Below, piece by piece: positions 25,769-37,787 of a DNA stretch of 64,000 nt. Both the position numbers and the translations under genes were made by a program. A model generated the notes under the pieces. It was not told where the DNA came from, did not search any database, and was given only the letters and a program-made list of their open reading frames with translations. The stretch is taken from assembly GCA_963693365.1 (NCBI GenBank), contig CAVNZM010000016.1, forward strand, positions 7,113,029 through 7,177,028. Reading direction: 5' to 3'. Source of the DNA: Amoebidium appalachense (lineage: Eukaryota > Protista > Ichthyosporea). Position 1 is the stretch's first letter, and the number at the start of each line of letters is the position of its first letter.

Positions 25769-25832
25769 CCCCCTCTCTCTCTCTCTCTTGTTTGTGTGTG
25801 TGTGTCTGCACGCGCGTGTATCTCTCTCTCTC

Positions 25833-25888
<56 letters not shown>

Positions 25889-25901
25889 ACGCGCGTGTGC
25901 G

Positions 25902-25933
<32 letters not shown>

Positions 25934-25959
25934 TGTGTTTGCGTGCATGCGCGTGTGCG

Positions 25960-25991
<32 letters not shown>

Positions 25992-26061
25992 TCTCTCCCT
26001 CTCTCTGTTTGTGTGTGTGTGTGCGTGCACGCGCGTATACGTCCCTCTCTCTCTCTCTCTG

Positions 26062-26099
<38 letters not shown>

Positions 26100-26683
26100 C
26101 CCCCTCTCTCTCTTTGTGTGTGTGTGGGTGTCTGGGGGGGGAGGCTCGCGCTTGCGTGTGTCTGAGTAAACGGTGGGTACGTGTGTGCGCTGACGCCGAC
26201 GCGGGTACGTGCGTGTCAACAGTTGCATACTCTTTTGGCAATGACCTTTCACAAACAGCTGCAGACAAGCATCATATATTATACAAAAACGGTAGGCCTG
26301 TACGTTCGAACTCGTGTGTACATCCGTGCCATGACGACTACGCGTACGCGTACTGTACACACCTCGCTGTGGCCGGACGATGTGTGCAGTGCCACGAACA
26401 CTTTTGTGTAGCCGTGACGTCACAACGTAAGGTTAGCAACCTAAAAATAGACTTTTGAAGATGGTCACATTAGCTCAGATCTAGATCTGGGGTTTACGCT
26501 GTTTACTCGAGGCAAAGAGAACCAGTCTCAGGTATGGGGGGGGGGGTTTTGCTCGGAATATCCCCTCAGCGGTATATCATGATCACGTACATAGATGTCG
26601 GGTGGTGACTATATATCAGGGTTTACTTTCTCTACGAGACACCATAAAGACTACAAGGAGAAATCAATTAGTTGGGGTTCCCC

Positions 26684-26726
<43 letters not shown>

Positions 26727-26758
26727 GGGCTCCCCTCGGGACACTCGGTATCAGCTGG

Positions 26759-26833
<75 letters not shown>

Positions 26834-26837
26834 TGCG

Positions 26838-28031
26838 CTATAATTTTGTAGTGATGTGTTTCTCAAGCCAATCAATACATCTAATAAACAGGTCGTAGTT
26901 ACGCGTGTTTAGTATAAAATCAAGGATGTTGTAATTTACAGGTAGGCTATCTTTCTGGGTGTCTGTTGTGAATGTGACGTGTGTGTGTTGCGGTATTATG
27001 TGGTCTATCAAACTACATTTGGCGATACATGACCGGTTAAACTGGTGTGTGTGTGTGTTGTTTGGGCATGCAAATGATGCCACCTTATACTTATTAGATC
27101 TCCACTGTATAGCACGTGTACAGTAAAAGCGTGGTAATTGATCAATAATACCATCAGCTAGAGAAAGACCAGTTCTACAGGAAGGTAATATGTATTTAGG
27201 TGTTATACACTTGCGAGTGCCATATTTGGCAATATGGTTGAGGCGGTCAGTATATATAAAACGAGACATAAGGCTTAGTTTTTCAAGGTGTATGCTTTCA
27301 TCGGGTCTAGTGTCGTGTGGTATCTTTTTCCATTTGTTATATTGCGTGATTATCTTGTGATTGTGTACATGTTTAATAAGTAAGTGGCAGTCCAAAGTCA
27401 CACACACACTATTGCGGGGTTTATTTGTATTTGTGCCCAGGGGAGAAGGGGAGAGAGAGGGGAGGAAAGAGGGGAGAGGTGAGGAGGGGACAGGTCGGAT
27501 AGAGAAGAGAGGGTGGGAGGGCAAATACTTCTTTAAGCGGCTTATGTGCTTATTGAATTTCAGCGCGAGATAGGATACTCTAGCAGCTATTGGGACCAGA
27601 CCATATATCGAGAGCGTTACAGGCCCAGGTTTACAACAGTTGTTAGATAGAAAGGAGGCAACTTCTGCTTCAAGGAAATTTGCCAAGGGTTTAAGCGCTC
27701 TAGTTCTCTCTTTCTTGATCCAAGCGGCGAGAAGGGGTAAACCATATTCACATGCCGGGAAGACAAAAGTGCGAATAAATGTAAGTCTAATAGAAGGATG
27801 GAGGGGTGTGTCTTTAAAAATATTAGCCGAGAAGAAAGCTAACCGCTTACGAGCCAACTCTACCCTCTTTTCGACCATATGGGGAAACATAACACCAACA
27901 GAATCAACCGGAACACCAAGATATTTGTATTCTGGAACTATAGGTACAGGTTTAGATGATAATGTAAATGTGTGTAAATTGTTAGCTATATCAGGTACAA
28001 GAACACCACATATATCTAGATCTCGGGCCAA
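26838..28031 (-). mobile_element. 5'-truncated non-LTR retrotransposon ORF (RT C-terminus, thumb, Cys/His-containing tail) ending in (CA)n
   Basis: Intronless 397-codon frame with CGVL, EYKYLGV (RT subdomain 7) and thumb motif RLTFIRTFVFPACEYG, then a Cys/His cluster (CPNNTHTHQFNRSCIAKC). The catalytic YADD region is missing, consistent with truncation. The stop codon is followed within 8 nt by a (CA)n tract (26760-26829). Confidence 0.85.
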
Positions 28032-28311
28032 GTTGTCGGGCAGAGAAGCCAGGTCGGGTCACTCAGGTGAACCGGTTCAAGTAATGTCGCCACAGCTTTT
28101 GTTATGTGCCTTTTGTGCTCATGTTTTTCCTTTTTTTAACTTTTAAAAATTAATAATAGTTTTGATTCATGAACAACCCAAAATCCAAAAATTCCGACCT
28201 GCCTCAACAACGATCCGATTTTGTGTGCTTTGCCAGCTCCGAACCAGGCCATTTACCCGATTCGAGTCGACTCGGCTATGACAGCTCATTCCTTCCAAAG
28301 TGGTGACGTCA

Positions 28312-28451
28312 CCCCCCCCATACTTGAGACCCCCCCATACCTGAGACCCCCCCATACCTGAGACCCCCCCATACCTGAGACCCCCCCATACCTGAGACCC
28401 CCCCCCATACCTGAGACCCCCCCATACCTGAGACCCCCCCCATACCTGAGA
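28312..28451. repeat. Tandem ~17-bp repeat ((C)7-9 ATACCTGAGA) x8, subterminal to the right inverted repeat
   Basis: Eight copies are directly readable; a single inverted copy forms the inner end of the left inverted repeat. Confidence 0.9.
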
Positions 28452-28544
28452 CTGGTTCTCTTTGCCTCGAGTAAACAGCGTAAACCCCCGTCACTATATG
28501 AACAGCTGCTTGCATCATAATATTCAGTCGGCAGCAAAGCAGCA

Positions 28545-30735
28545 GGGCGGCAACGCATCGTGGCGACAGCAACCACCCGAACATGCGCGGCACGATCCTA
28601 CAGCTGATGTTCTGCCACTCTTTCTCTCTGGCACTAGAAGGTGTGTAGCCCACACTCAGCAACCATTTTTCTTTTGGGTTTGCACGCCTTTCCTTGTTCG
28701 CCTTGCAAAACACGCACACTGCATGTACCCGTGCACTGTGGCGGGGGGGGGTGGGGGGGGGTATGCCTTTTTCCGGAGCTGTTGTGCACTGACGGTCTCG
28801 CCCTCAATGCCTTCTGGCAAGGGTTAAAGGTGCCCCCCTGGGGATGTCGGGTGCGTGCGCACACACTGTGTGTGTACCTGTGCGCGCGTGTGTGTCTGTT
28901 GCTGTGTGGAAGGCCAGAAAGGGGGGTGGGGATGGGTTGGTTTCTCCGCTCACACACTGTTTGGCGGCCTTTTTTCTTTGTTTTTTTTTTTTTGTTTGTG
29001 TGGTGAGATTGAGCGAGGGGGGTGATGTCTTGGCCAGAGTCCCGGCCAGTAACGGTATCGCCCTTGGTACCGGGGCAAAGCCAGTGACTAGCCCGAGGGG
29101 AGTTGGGGAGGAGGGAGGTGTATTGTAAGGTTGTGTGTGTGTGTGTGTGGAGGGGGGGGGGGGGGGGGGAGGAGGGGGAGGGGGGGGGAGGGGGGGCTGT
29201 TGTGTAGTTGAGAGCATGGCGCTGAGTGTGGTTGGTTCACAGGGGAATGCCGTCTTCTGCACAGAGAGGATGCTGCTGGAGAGGGCACGCGCCAACTAGT
29301 GCACCAAGACGATGGCGTGTTCTGCTGCCTCAATCTCCCAACCCAGCGGCAACACAACGAAACCACTATAGCCGTCAAACATCAGGGCCTACCCTACACC
29401 TGATGTTGACCACTGTCGCTCTGGCAATGGAAGGTGTGTAGGCCACATTCAGCAAACCCCATGTTTGCACGCCTTTCCTTGTCTGCCTTGCATAACACAC
29501 ACACTGTATGTACCCGTGCACTCTGGTGTGACTGGGGCCTTTGTGGGGGGGGGGGGGGGGGGGGAGGGGGGGTGGGATATGCCTTTTTCCGGAGCCGTTG
29601 TGCACTGACGGTCTCGCCCTCGGTGTCTTCTGGCAAGGGTTAAAGTGACCCCCTGGGGATGTCGGGTGGCGCACACACTGTGTGTGTGCCTGTGCGCCCG
29701 TGTGTGTGGAGGGCCAGAAAGGGGGGCGGGGATGGGTTGCTTTCTCCGCTCACACACTGTGGGGCGGCCTTACTTTCTTTTTTCCTTGTGTTTTTGATGT
29801 GGTTGTAGTGAGAAGGAGTGAATAGGGGTGATGTCTTGGCCAGAGTCCCGGCCACTAACGGTATCACCCTTGGTACCGGGGCAAACGCCAGCGACTAGCC
29901 CAGGGGGATGGGGTGGAGACGGGTGTGTGTGCACGGCGCTCGTTAACGTGAGGGTGTGGTGGTTGGTAGAGATTCGAGGTGGTATTGGTGGAGGGGGGGG
30001 GGGGGGGCTTGGGGCTGTTGTGTAGTCGAGAGCATAGCGCTGAGTGTGGTTGGGTCCACAGGGATAACCGTCTTCTGGGCAGAGCGTATGGCGTGTGCCG
30101 ATAGCGCACTAGGTTGAGGGTGTGTTCTGCCGCCATCTCCTTCAAGCCCGCCAGCAACACAACGAAGCCACTGCAGCCGTTAAACATCGTGGCCTACTCT
30201 ACACCTGATGTTGCTGTGATCTCGCGGTGGCGATGGAAGGTGTGTAGCCCACACTCAGCAACCCTTTTTCGTGTGTCCTTTTGCACGCCTTTCCTTGTCT
30301 GCCTTGCATAGCACACACACCGTATGTACCCGTGCACTGTGGTGTGGCTGGGGGCTGGGGGGTTGGGGGGGTATGCCTTGGGCCTGAGTCGCTGTGCACT
30401 GAGGGTCTCGCCCTCGGGGTCTTCTGGCAAGGGCTAAAGGTGGCCCCCTGGGGGTGTCGGATGCGTGCGCACACACTGTGTATGTGCCTGTGCGCCCGGG
30501 TGCGTCTGTGGCTGTGTGGAGGGCCAGAAAGGGGGGTGGGGATGGGTTGCTTTCCCCGCTCACACACTATGTGGCGGTCTTACTTGCTTTTCTTGTGTTT
30601 ACAGTTTTTGATGTGGTTGTGGTGAGAAGGAGTGAATGGGGGGTGATGTCTTGGCCAGAGTCCCGGCCACTAACGGTATCGCCCTTGGTACCGGGGCAAT
30701 TGCCAGCGACTAGCCCAGGGGAATGGGGTGAGACG
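28545..30735 (+). repeat. Three diverged tandem copies of an ~800-bp non-coding unit with conserved blocks (candidate structured RNA)
   Basis: Anchors recur: GAAGGTGTGTAG at 28637/29430/30236 and GTGATGTCTTGGCCAGAGTCCCGGCCA at 29022/29828/30643. Copy 1 is truncated on the left next to the inverted repeat. No ORF is conserved across copies. Confidence 0.8.
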
Positions 30736-31582
30736 GATGTGTGCATGTTGCTTGTGAATAGGGGTGCTATGTGTGTGTGGAGGGAGTCCAACAGGATGTA
30801 AACAGTCACAATATGGCAAACCCGTGACCTTGGACCAATAGAGCGATAAATAAATGATTTCGGAACAATAATGTGCACTGCTGTGACTCTGGACAACAAA
30901 ATGCCCCCTTGTTCCCTCAACTACTAAGTCTGGCCATGGTGTATCATAGTGTTGCCTGTGAAACGCAAACAATATCCTACGATGATGTGAGCAGGTTTTG
31001 TCAACGCGTGTGCATGTGTGTGACATGTGAATCAAATATTAAAAATGAGATCCCATTTGCGTGCCCGAGTGCATGTGTATGCATATGAAATGGAGTTTTG
31101 TGTGCACGAGTGCATGTTTGTTTCTAAGAATGATATTCTCGTTTAATTGAAGATGAATTTTTTGTGTGAACGTGTGCATGTATCATGAGGTTGTGTGGAG
31201 GGTCACTTGAACTCTGCAGTGAAACAAACAAAAACGAGGTGACATTTAAAGTCATAAGAGGTACTATACAAACCTGAGGAATGTGTGACGGGGCAAAGCC
31301 AGTGTGTGCATGCACGTGTGTGTGTGTGTGTGTGTATGTGTTTGGGTTGTGTTTCTGTGTGTCGGTGTGTGTGTGTGTGTAGTTCATGTATGGTGACATT
31401 GTCAATGTGTGACTTTCGGATCCGGCAGGCCATCATCCCCCCCTCCCCCCCTTCCAAAAAAAAAAGAAAAGAAAGTACACAGGCACACTTCCTCCCCCAT
31501 CCACCCAGTCTGCAGCTTCCAGATAACGCTTCATTCATAACTGCATAATAGTTTACACTTGCGCATCTCGCGGTGGGTGGTT

Positions 31583-31636
<54 letters not shown>

Positions 31637-31641
31637 AGCCA

Positions 31642-31694
<53 letters not shown>

Positions 31695-31997
31695 AAACAC
31701 ACAAACACATATGGCACACACACACACACACACACACAAACACAAATGGCACACACACACACACAACTACAAGTTGGAACACCCGCTCAGTGTGTGGCAC
31801 CACATGCACTGGCACGTGCGGGCATGCACACATATTGTGTGCACACTGAGTCTCATGCTCACAGACGCACACAAATAACACAAATACACACACATGAGCA
31901 CACCTACACGCATACACCACACACACCCCATCACGCATAATATACGTGCGCCCACAGTCTGACAAAGCTTACAATAGCACGTACACCGAACGCGCAT

Positions 31998-32071
<74 letters not shown>

Positions 32072-32315
32072 ACGGCGCCATCACCACCACCACCACCACT
32101 ATCGCACCTCTGGCTCTCTGGCGCACAGCTGGTACTGAGTAATTCCTCCCTGCTCCCCCCCCCCCCCCCCCCCCCTCCCCCCTCCCCCTTCTCCCCGCAC
32201 ACACACCCCACCCATCCACCCATCCACCCACTCACCTGCAAAACTTTGAGAAAAGAACAAACATTTAATTAACATACACCTGCTTGTGGGCATGCCTCGC
32301 CGCACAGTGTCCTAT

Positions 32316-32366
<51 letters not shown>

Positions 32367-32460
32367 CGCACATGCATTCGCGCACGCCCCGAAAAGAGCA
32401 GCCGCTACCACCAAACCCACCATTAAAATAACACCACATTTTCTGCACCCCCCCCTCCCC

Positions 32461-32492
<32 letters not shown>

Positions 32493-33087
32493 TTCCTTCT
32501 TTTTTCCGGGGTGAGGGGTGGGGGTGGGTCGTGGTGGGGGGGGGGGGGGGAGGGGGGGGGGGTGCTTTCCCAGCCTAGTCTGGCACACGGTACGAGAGTA
32601 CACGTGTGTGTGTAAACACACAAACAAAGCCCTTGGTCCAAAATGGACATTAGATGCCAACATTCCCCACAGTTAATCGGTCGTCGTTTTGGAGACAACA
32701 AAGTTCTAATCAAAACAATAACAGAACAACTTTATTCGACAACGCAAAATCAAAACCAAAAATTCATTTGGTTACTTCTTGCCCGGCAAGAAGTCAAAAT
32801 AAGACATTCTTGTCGTGCATGCTCGTGCGCATGGTAATCGCAGGGTTTGCCTGCACGTATTCCCTATGGTGATCCACCCCCCTTGTCCCCGGGGGGGGGG
32901 GGGGGGGGGGGGGGGGGGATGGGGTAAAGGGGGGAGGCACCTCCTTCGAGAGTCAGCTTGGTTCGCGGTGGTAAATACACGTACATGTCCCCACCCCCCA
33001 CTACTTTCATAGTAACTGGGTGCAGGTAAGGGAATGGTGGGAGAGTCTAACCGTCAGACTATACTCCCACCCCGCTCGGACTCCCCC

Positions 33088-33126
<39 letters not shown>

Positions 33127-33174
33127 GCCCCCTTCCCCCCCAACACAAAAATTTCTAATACCGTTGCATCGTCC

Positions 33175-33217
33175 CTAGGGTGCTATGATGTTAGATACTA
33201 GCATCGTAGCACCCTAG
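33175..33217 (+). other. 20-bp hairpin
   Basis: CTAGGGTGCTATGATGTTAG-ATA-CTAGCATCGTAGCACCCTAG: 18 Watson-Crick plus 2 G-U pairs on the + strand. Confidence 0.7.
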
Positions 33218-33780
33218 CTAGAGTACTGTCGGTGCTGGGTGGAAGACGGTAGTTCCCCCTGAGGCCCCCTAGGGGTACCTCCGGGAACAAACCGGGATAT
33301 AAAAAAAAGTAGCATCGTCCCTTTAGGCTTCACTTGTAGGCAGAATATGGGCAGGCCAGAGAGGATCTATATAGCCTGCCACACAAACTTGAACACATAT
33401 TTGTATATATGCCGAAGGGGTTAGAATCCGACAATGTTTCCAAATCTCCAGCGCTGGGTGAGCCCCCTCCCCCCACCCCCCCCCCCCTCCTCCCCCCCCC
33501 CCCCTCCCCCCCCCCCCCCCCCCTCCCCCTTCCCCCATCCCACCACTTGCCCCGCCCCGCCCCCCGATAGTGGGAACAGTATGGGCACAAGAGTGAAGCG
33601 GACTAAATGCGGGAACAACCATTGGGGGAGGAGGGGGGGGGTCTCGAGTAAATTTATGGGCGTGTGCCTTTTCCCATGGTGTAACCTAATTGCAGTGCAC
33701 AACGGTGACAGTCTGATTGGACAGCACAGAGGCTGGCTTAATGGCCAGTGGCATGCAAGGAACAGGGGGGGGGGGGGAGG

Positions 33781-33837
<57 letters not shown>

Positions 33838-33915
33838 CGGGTGTTAGTTTAGGAGGAGAAAGTGCGCTATGCTGGATTCAAAGCTTATTTATTTTCTATT
33901 TTTTTTTTTTTTTGT

Positions 33916-33960
<45 letters not shown>

Positions 33961-34006
33961 GGAGGAGGGTTGGGCATGTACCGTGGATGGTGGTTTCGAT
34001 CGGGAG

Positions 34007-34039
<33 letters not shown>

Positions 34040-34105
34040 TCCCCCGGCGTTCCTCCCTTTTGCACCTTTTTCCAGTTGAAAACCAACTTACTTCCTACTG
34101 TGTGA

Positions 34106-34184
<79 letters not shown>

Positions 34185-35168
34185 CGCATGTGTGTGTGCA
34201 TGAGCCCGCGCGTGCAACTCTGTGCCTGTGTGTACGTGTGTGTGTGGTTCATATCTTTAATTACATGGTGCACGTGTCACAGTGCTTGTGCGAAGGAGTC
34301 ATGCTATCGGTGTCCCCCCCCCCAAACAACCCAACCCCACCCCCTCCCCTCCCCGGCCCGCCGCCCCCGACCCCCTCCCCCCCCCTCCTCCCCTCCTTAA
34401 TTGTATACGTATGTAGGTGTGAGTGTTCCCATCAGCCTTGACGCTCGAACCTTGGTTATACATATTACCTATCACATGTACAGTGGGCATACGCGCATAC
34501 GGGATATGAAGCATGTGGGGGGGGAGGGGGGGGGGGGGGGGGAGGGGGGAGGCCGGGGGGATTTTGGGAAGCAAAGATGGATAGTGTCGGGGAAGGGGGG
34601 TGATCCGAGGATGAGGTGGGTTTGAGAGAAACAACGGTAGAAGGACAAGAGTAAAGTAATCGCGTTTCAGAACCCTCTCCCCCCCCCCCCCCCCCCTCCG
34701 GATCCATCCCCCCCAGGCCTCGAAGCACCTCCTGTAACCCCCCCTTCAAACACCATCACCGCTCAAAAACCCCTATGCCGCCCACATGTGTTGTTTACTT
34801 ATATATATGGATCTAATTGGTGAAATTCTACGCTGAAGTACAATCGACGGGGGGAATTTGGTTTTCCGGGCATCAGATTCTCTTAGAGTCTATAGATGGG
34901 TGTCACAAGTTTTCCCTATGTGCAGTTCTTCCTTCTTTCTTGCATATTTCTATTTGTGTGGACGTGAGGTGGGGGGAGGGGGAGGGGGGGGGGGGGGGGG
35001 GAGGGGGGGAAGGGGGAAAGGGAGGGAGGGAGGGGGAGGAACATTAACAGGCCTAGCCTCCGTCTCCTCCCTTCCTCGAGTTCTCTCCCTCCATCACACA
35101 CACCCTCACGTGGGCACGTGCATGTACGCACGCACACGCACAGGCTGTGGACGGGAGAGAGGGGGGGG

Positions 35169-35203
<35 letters not shown>

Positions 35204-35414
35204 AGGGGAGACCGGTGGGGGAGAGGAAGCTCATAGTTGTCTATGGGAGCCCTCCCCCCCACCCCCCCCCCCCCCCCCTCCCCCTCCCCCCTCCCCGCAC
35301 TTTTTTTTTCTTACCCGGAAATCTTTCATAATGCTTTAGCACTACTTGGCTAGTTTCGTGTGTGTCAATGTATTGTTTGTTGGGTGCGGAGGGTGGTCGG
35401 ATGTGTGTGTGGGG

Positions 35415-35451
<37 letters not shown>

Positions 35452-36313
35452 GGTACGACTAAAACGGGAGAAATGGGCCCCCGAAGGGGGGGGGGGGGGG
35501 GGGACTAAGCTTTCCAAAGTCGTCCTGTTGGCAGTTATTTCTTCACGATTACATCAAGGAATCACCCTTGAAACTCAACACAAACCACTTGTTTTGGCAT
35601 TGTGTGACTTATGCCACACTTCCTATTAATTATATGTATGATAACAGTTTCACTCACTCACCACTATATCCAAACAGGGAAAGCCGGCCATGCTTTTAAG
35701 CTACAAGCACCAAATCTGCAGCATCTAAATTCAAATACTTAAATCTGTAGTACTTGCACTTACTACCAATGTGGAACTCCAACTCACTTATACACAGGTT
35801 TCCCTACGCTACAACCAAATATAATTGGATTATAATCATTTTGAAAACTCTGAAAACGTGGCCATTGCCAATCACATATATCCTATATCCCAATCATGGA
35901 TATTGAGAGCCCATAGGCACGTGATTATGAGCCAATCTCATCAAAGAAAAAACCAGAACAGCCAATCATAGGATATGACACAGAAGTGAGTGGGAGCCAG
36001 CTCGGCTAATGTGTCCGGATTACCTCAGTTAAGAGTGCTATCAATGAAAGTAGTTTGTGCTTGTGTGCGTGCGTGCGTGCGTGCGTGTGTGTGTTTTTGT
36101 GTGTGTGTGCATTCGTGTTTGTGCATGCGTGTGTGCGTGCAAGCGCGCATGCCTGTGTGTGTGTGTGGGATCCGTGTGCACCTGCTTGTGTATGTGTGTT
36201 TGTACATGTGCACGTACTACAGCGATAAGTTATGTGTGCTTGCATGCTAGTACATAGGTTTTCCAATCAGCTACATAGCAGCCTCACTCCTAAACTGCTC
36301 AAAATATTTACAC

Positions 36314-37392
36314 TCAAGCAGGGACAACAGACCGAGAGCGAGATCGTGCCCTGTCCCCTCTCACTGCACTCATTGGCCCATCCTTAACCTTATTTGGCTT
36401 ATCAGTTTCCATCTTCCAATCAAAAGCCTCCTGTGTCATGTGCGCCAGATACAACATGATGTGACAAGGAACCAACCAGGGATAGTCCCCACCCACACCT
36501 GGGCCCATGTGAAAGCCAATCAAACCGAGACACGAACCCAAAATCATTGGATGAGGAATGAATCCGTATGGGAATTGGGTGATCCATTTTGGCTCGCATC
36601 TTCCCAATTCCACGCCGAAATATGTACGCTCCAATCCCAAGGCAAGGAATGCGAGGAATGATATTCCGTAACCGACGCCCAATAAGGTAAGAGAGTTCGC
36701 GTCGTATTTGAACGCCCTTAGGTAGAGATAGGTCAGGTTGCCGAGTGCCAAGGTTTTAAATAGCACGACGTTTCGGACGAAGTTGTAGTAGTTGATGTTT
36801 CCACGTACATAGTAGGTGGCAATATACATGAGGTAGTGCACAAACGATGTGCCAATCAGAAACATGGCATAATTTTTGAAGTAGAGGGAGGTCGCCGCCA
36901 GCGAAATTAAATAGACCAGATTATTGGGCCCCATGTGTTCGTGGAAGAATGCAACCACGGCCGTCGTGACGAGAATCTGGTACGATTTGAACCAATCGAA
37001 AAACGATTTGGGTTGCAGTGTAGAAAGGAAAAGGTTTCTGGCCCACACATCGTATTCCGTTGTCAAAAACCCGCAAAGTCGACCGAAAATCCCGAATGCC
37101 TTGGGGTAGACGACATAGTGAACCTTGAGGCAAATCCGGAAATCGTTAATTTTTTTGGTTGGATCGCTGGTGATGTAGTGGACTTCTCTGTTGAAATCGA
37201 AACCGAAAATTTCACCCGTGGTGATGGCGGTTGATTTGTCGGCCTGTGGGTGAATGTGATTGGACGGTGTTAGCCCGTTAGCCAATAGGACAGAGTGTTT
37301 AAGTTTAATGAAGCCGTAAATGCTGTGCAGCTTGAAACAGTATGCGTGTATATATCATACAGCATGTATCTCGGATGGGGGGGAGGGGGGAA

Positions 37393-37427
<35 letters not shown>

Positions 37428-37728
37428 CTTCATGTGCAGATGCGGTGTGTGCGCTAGTTAGCGTGTGTTGCCTACGTGTGTCCGTACATATTGCTATTTG
37501 TGCGTGTGCATACAGATGTGCGTGTGCGTGTCTGTGTGTTTATCTGATTCATCATGACCGTTGTATCATACCTACGACACCGTACACACATTGAGATATA
37601 AAACTTCAGCACAGGAGCATTTTTGATACAAGTCGTATTGTGTTAGGGCTGAGGAGTACGGAGAGGAAGGGGAGTAAGGGGGCTGATGTGTGTGTGTGGG
37701 GGGGGGGGAGGGGGAGGGGGGGGGGGGG

Positions 37729-37787
<59 letters not shown>

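Larger units (their letters stand above)
26489..28488. mobile_element. Segment bounded by ~55-bp inverted repeats (putative non-autonomous TIR/foldback element) carrying a LINE fragment
   Basis: GGGGTTTACGCTGTTTACTCGAGGCAAAGAGAACCAGTCTCAGGTATG-G-run (26489-26546) is the reverse complement of 28434-28488. No clear TSD. Confidence 0.6.

Noticed and set aside
28312-28451. 17-bp repeats as a CRISPR array or telomere
   Set aside because: No spacers; the repeats are internal and tied to an inverted-repeat terminus.
28545-30735. Telomerase RNA or group I intron identity for the 800-bp unit (TAACCCT on -, CAGCGACTAG on +)
   Set aside because: The template-like word is mutated in copy 3 and lies on the strand not favoured by G-U pairs. 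No matching P/Q/S group I elements were found.
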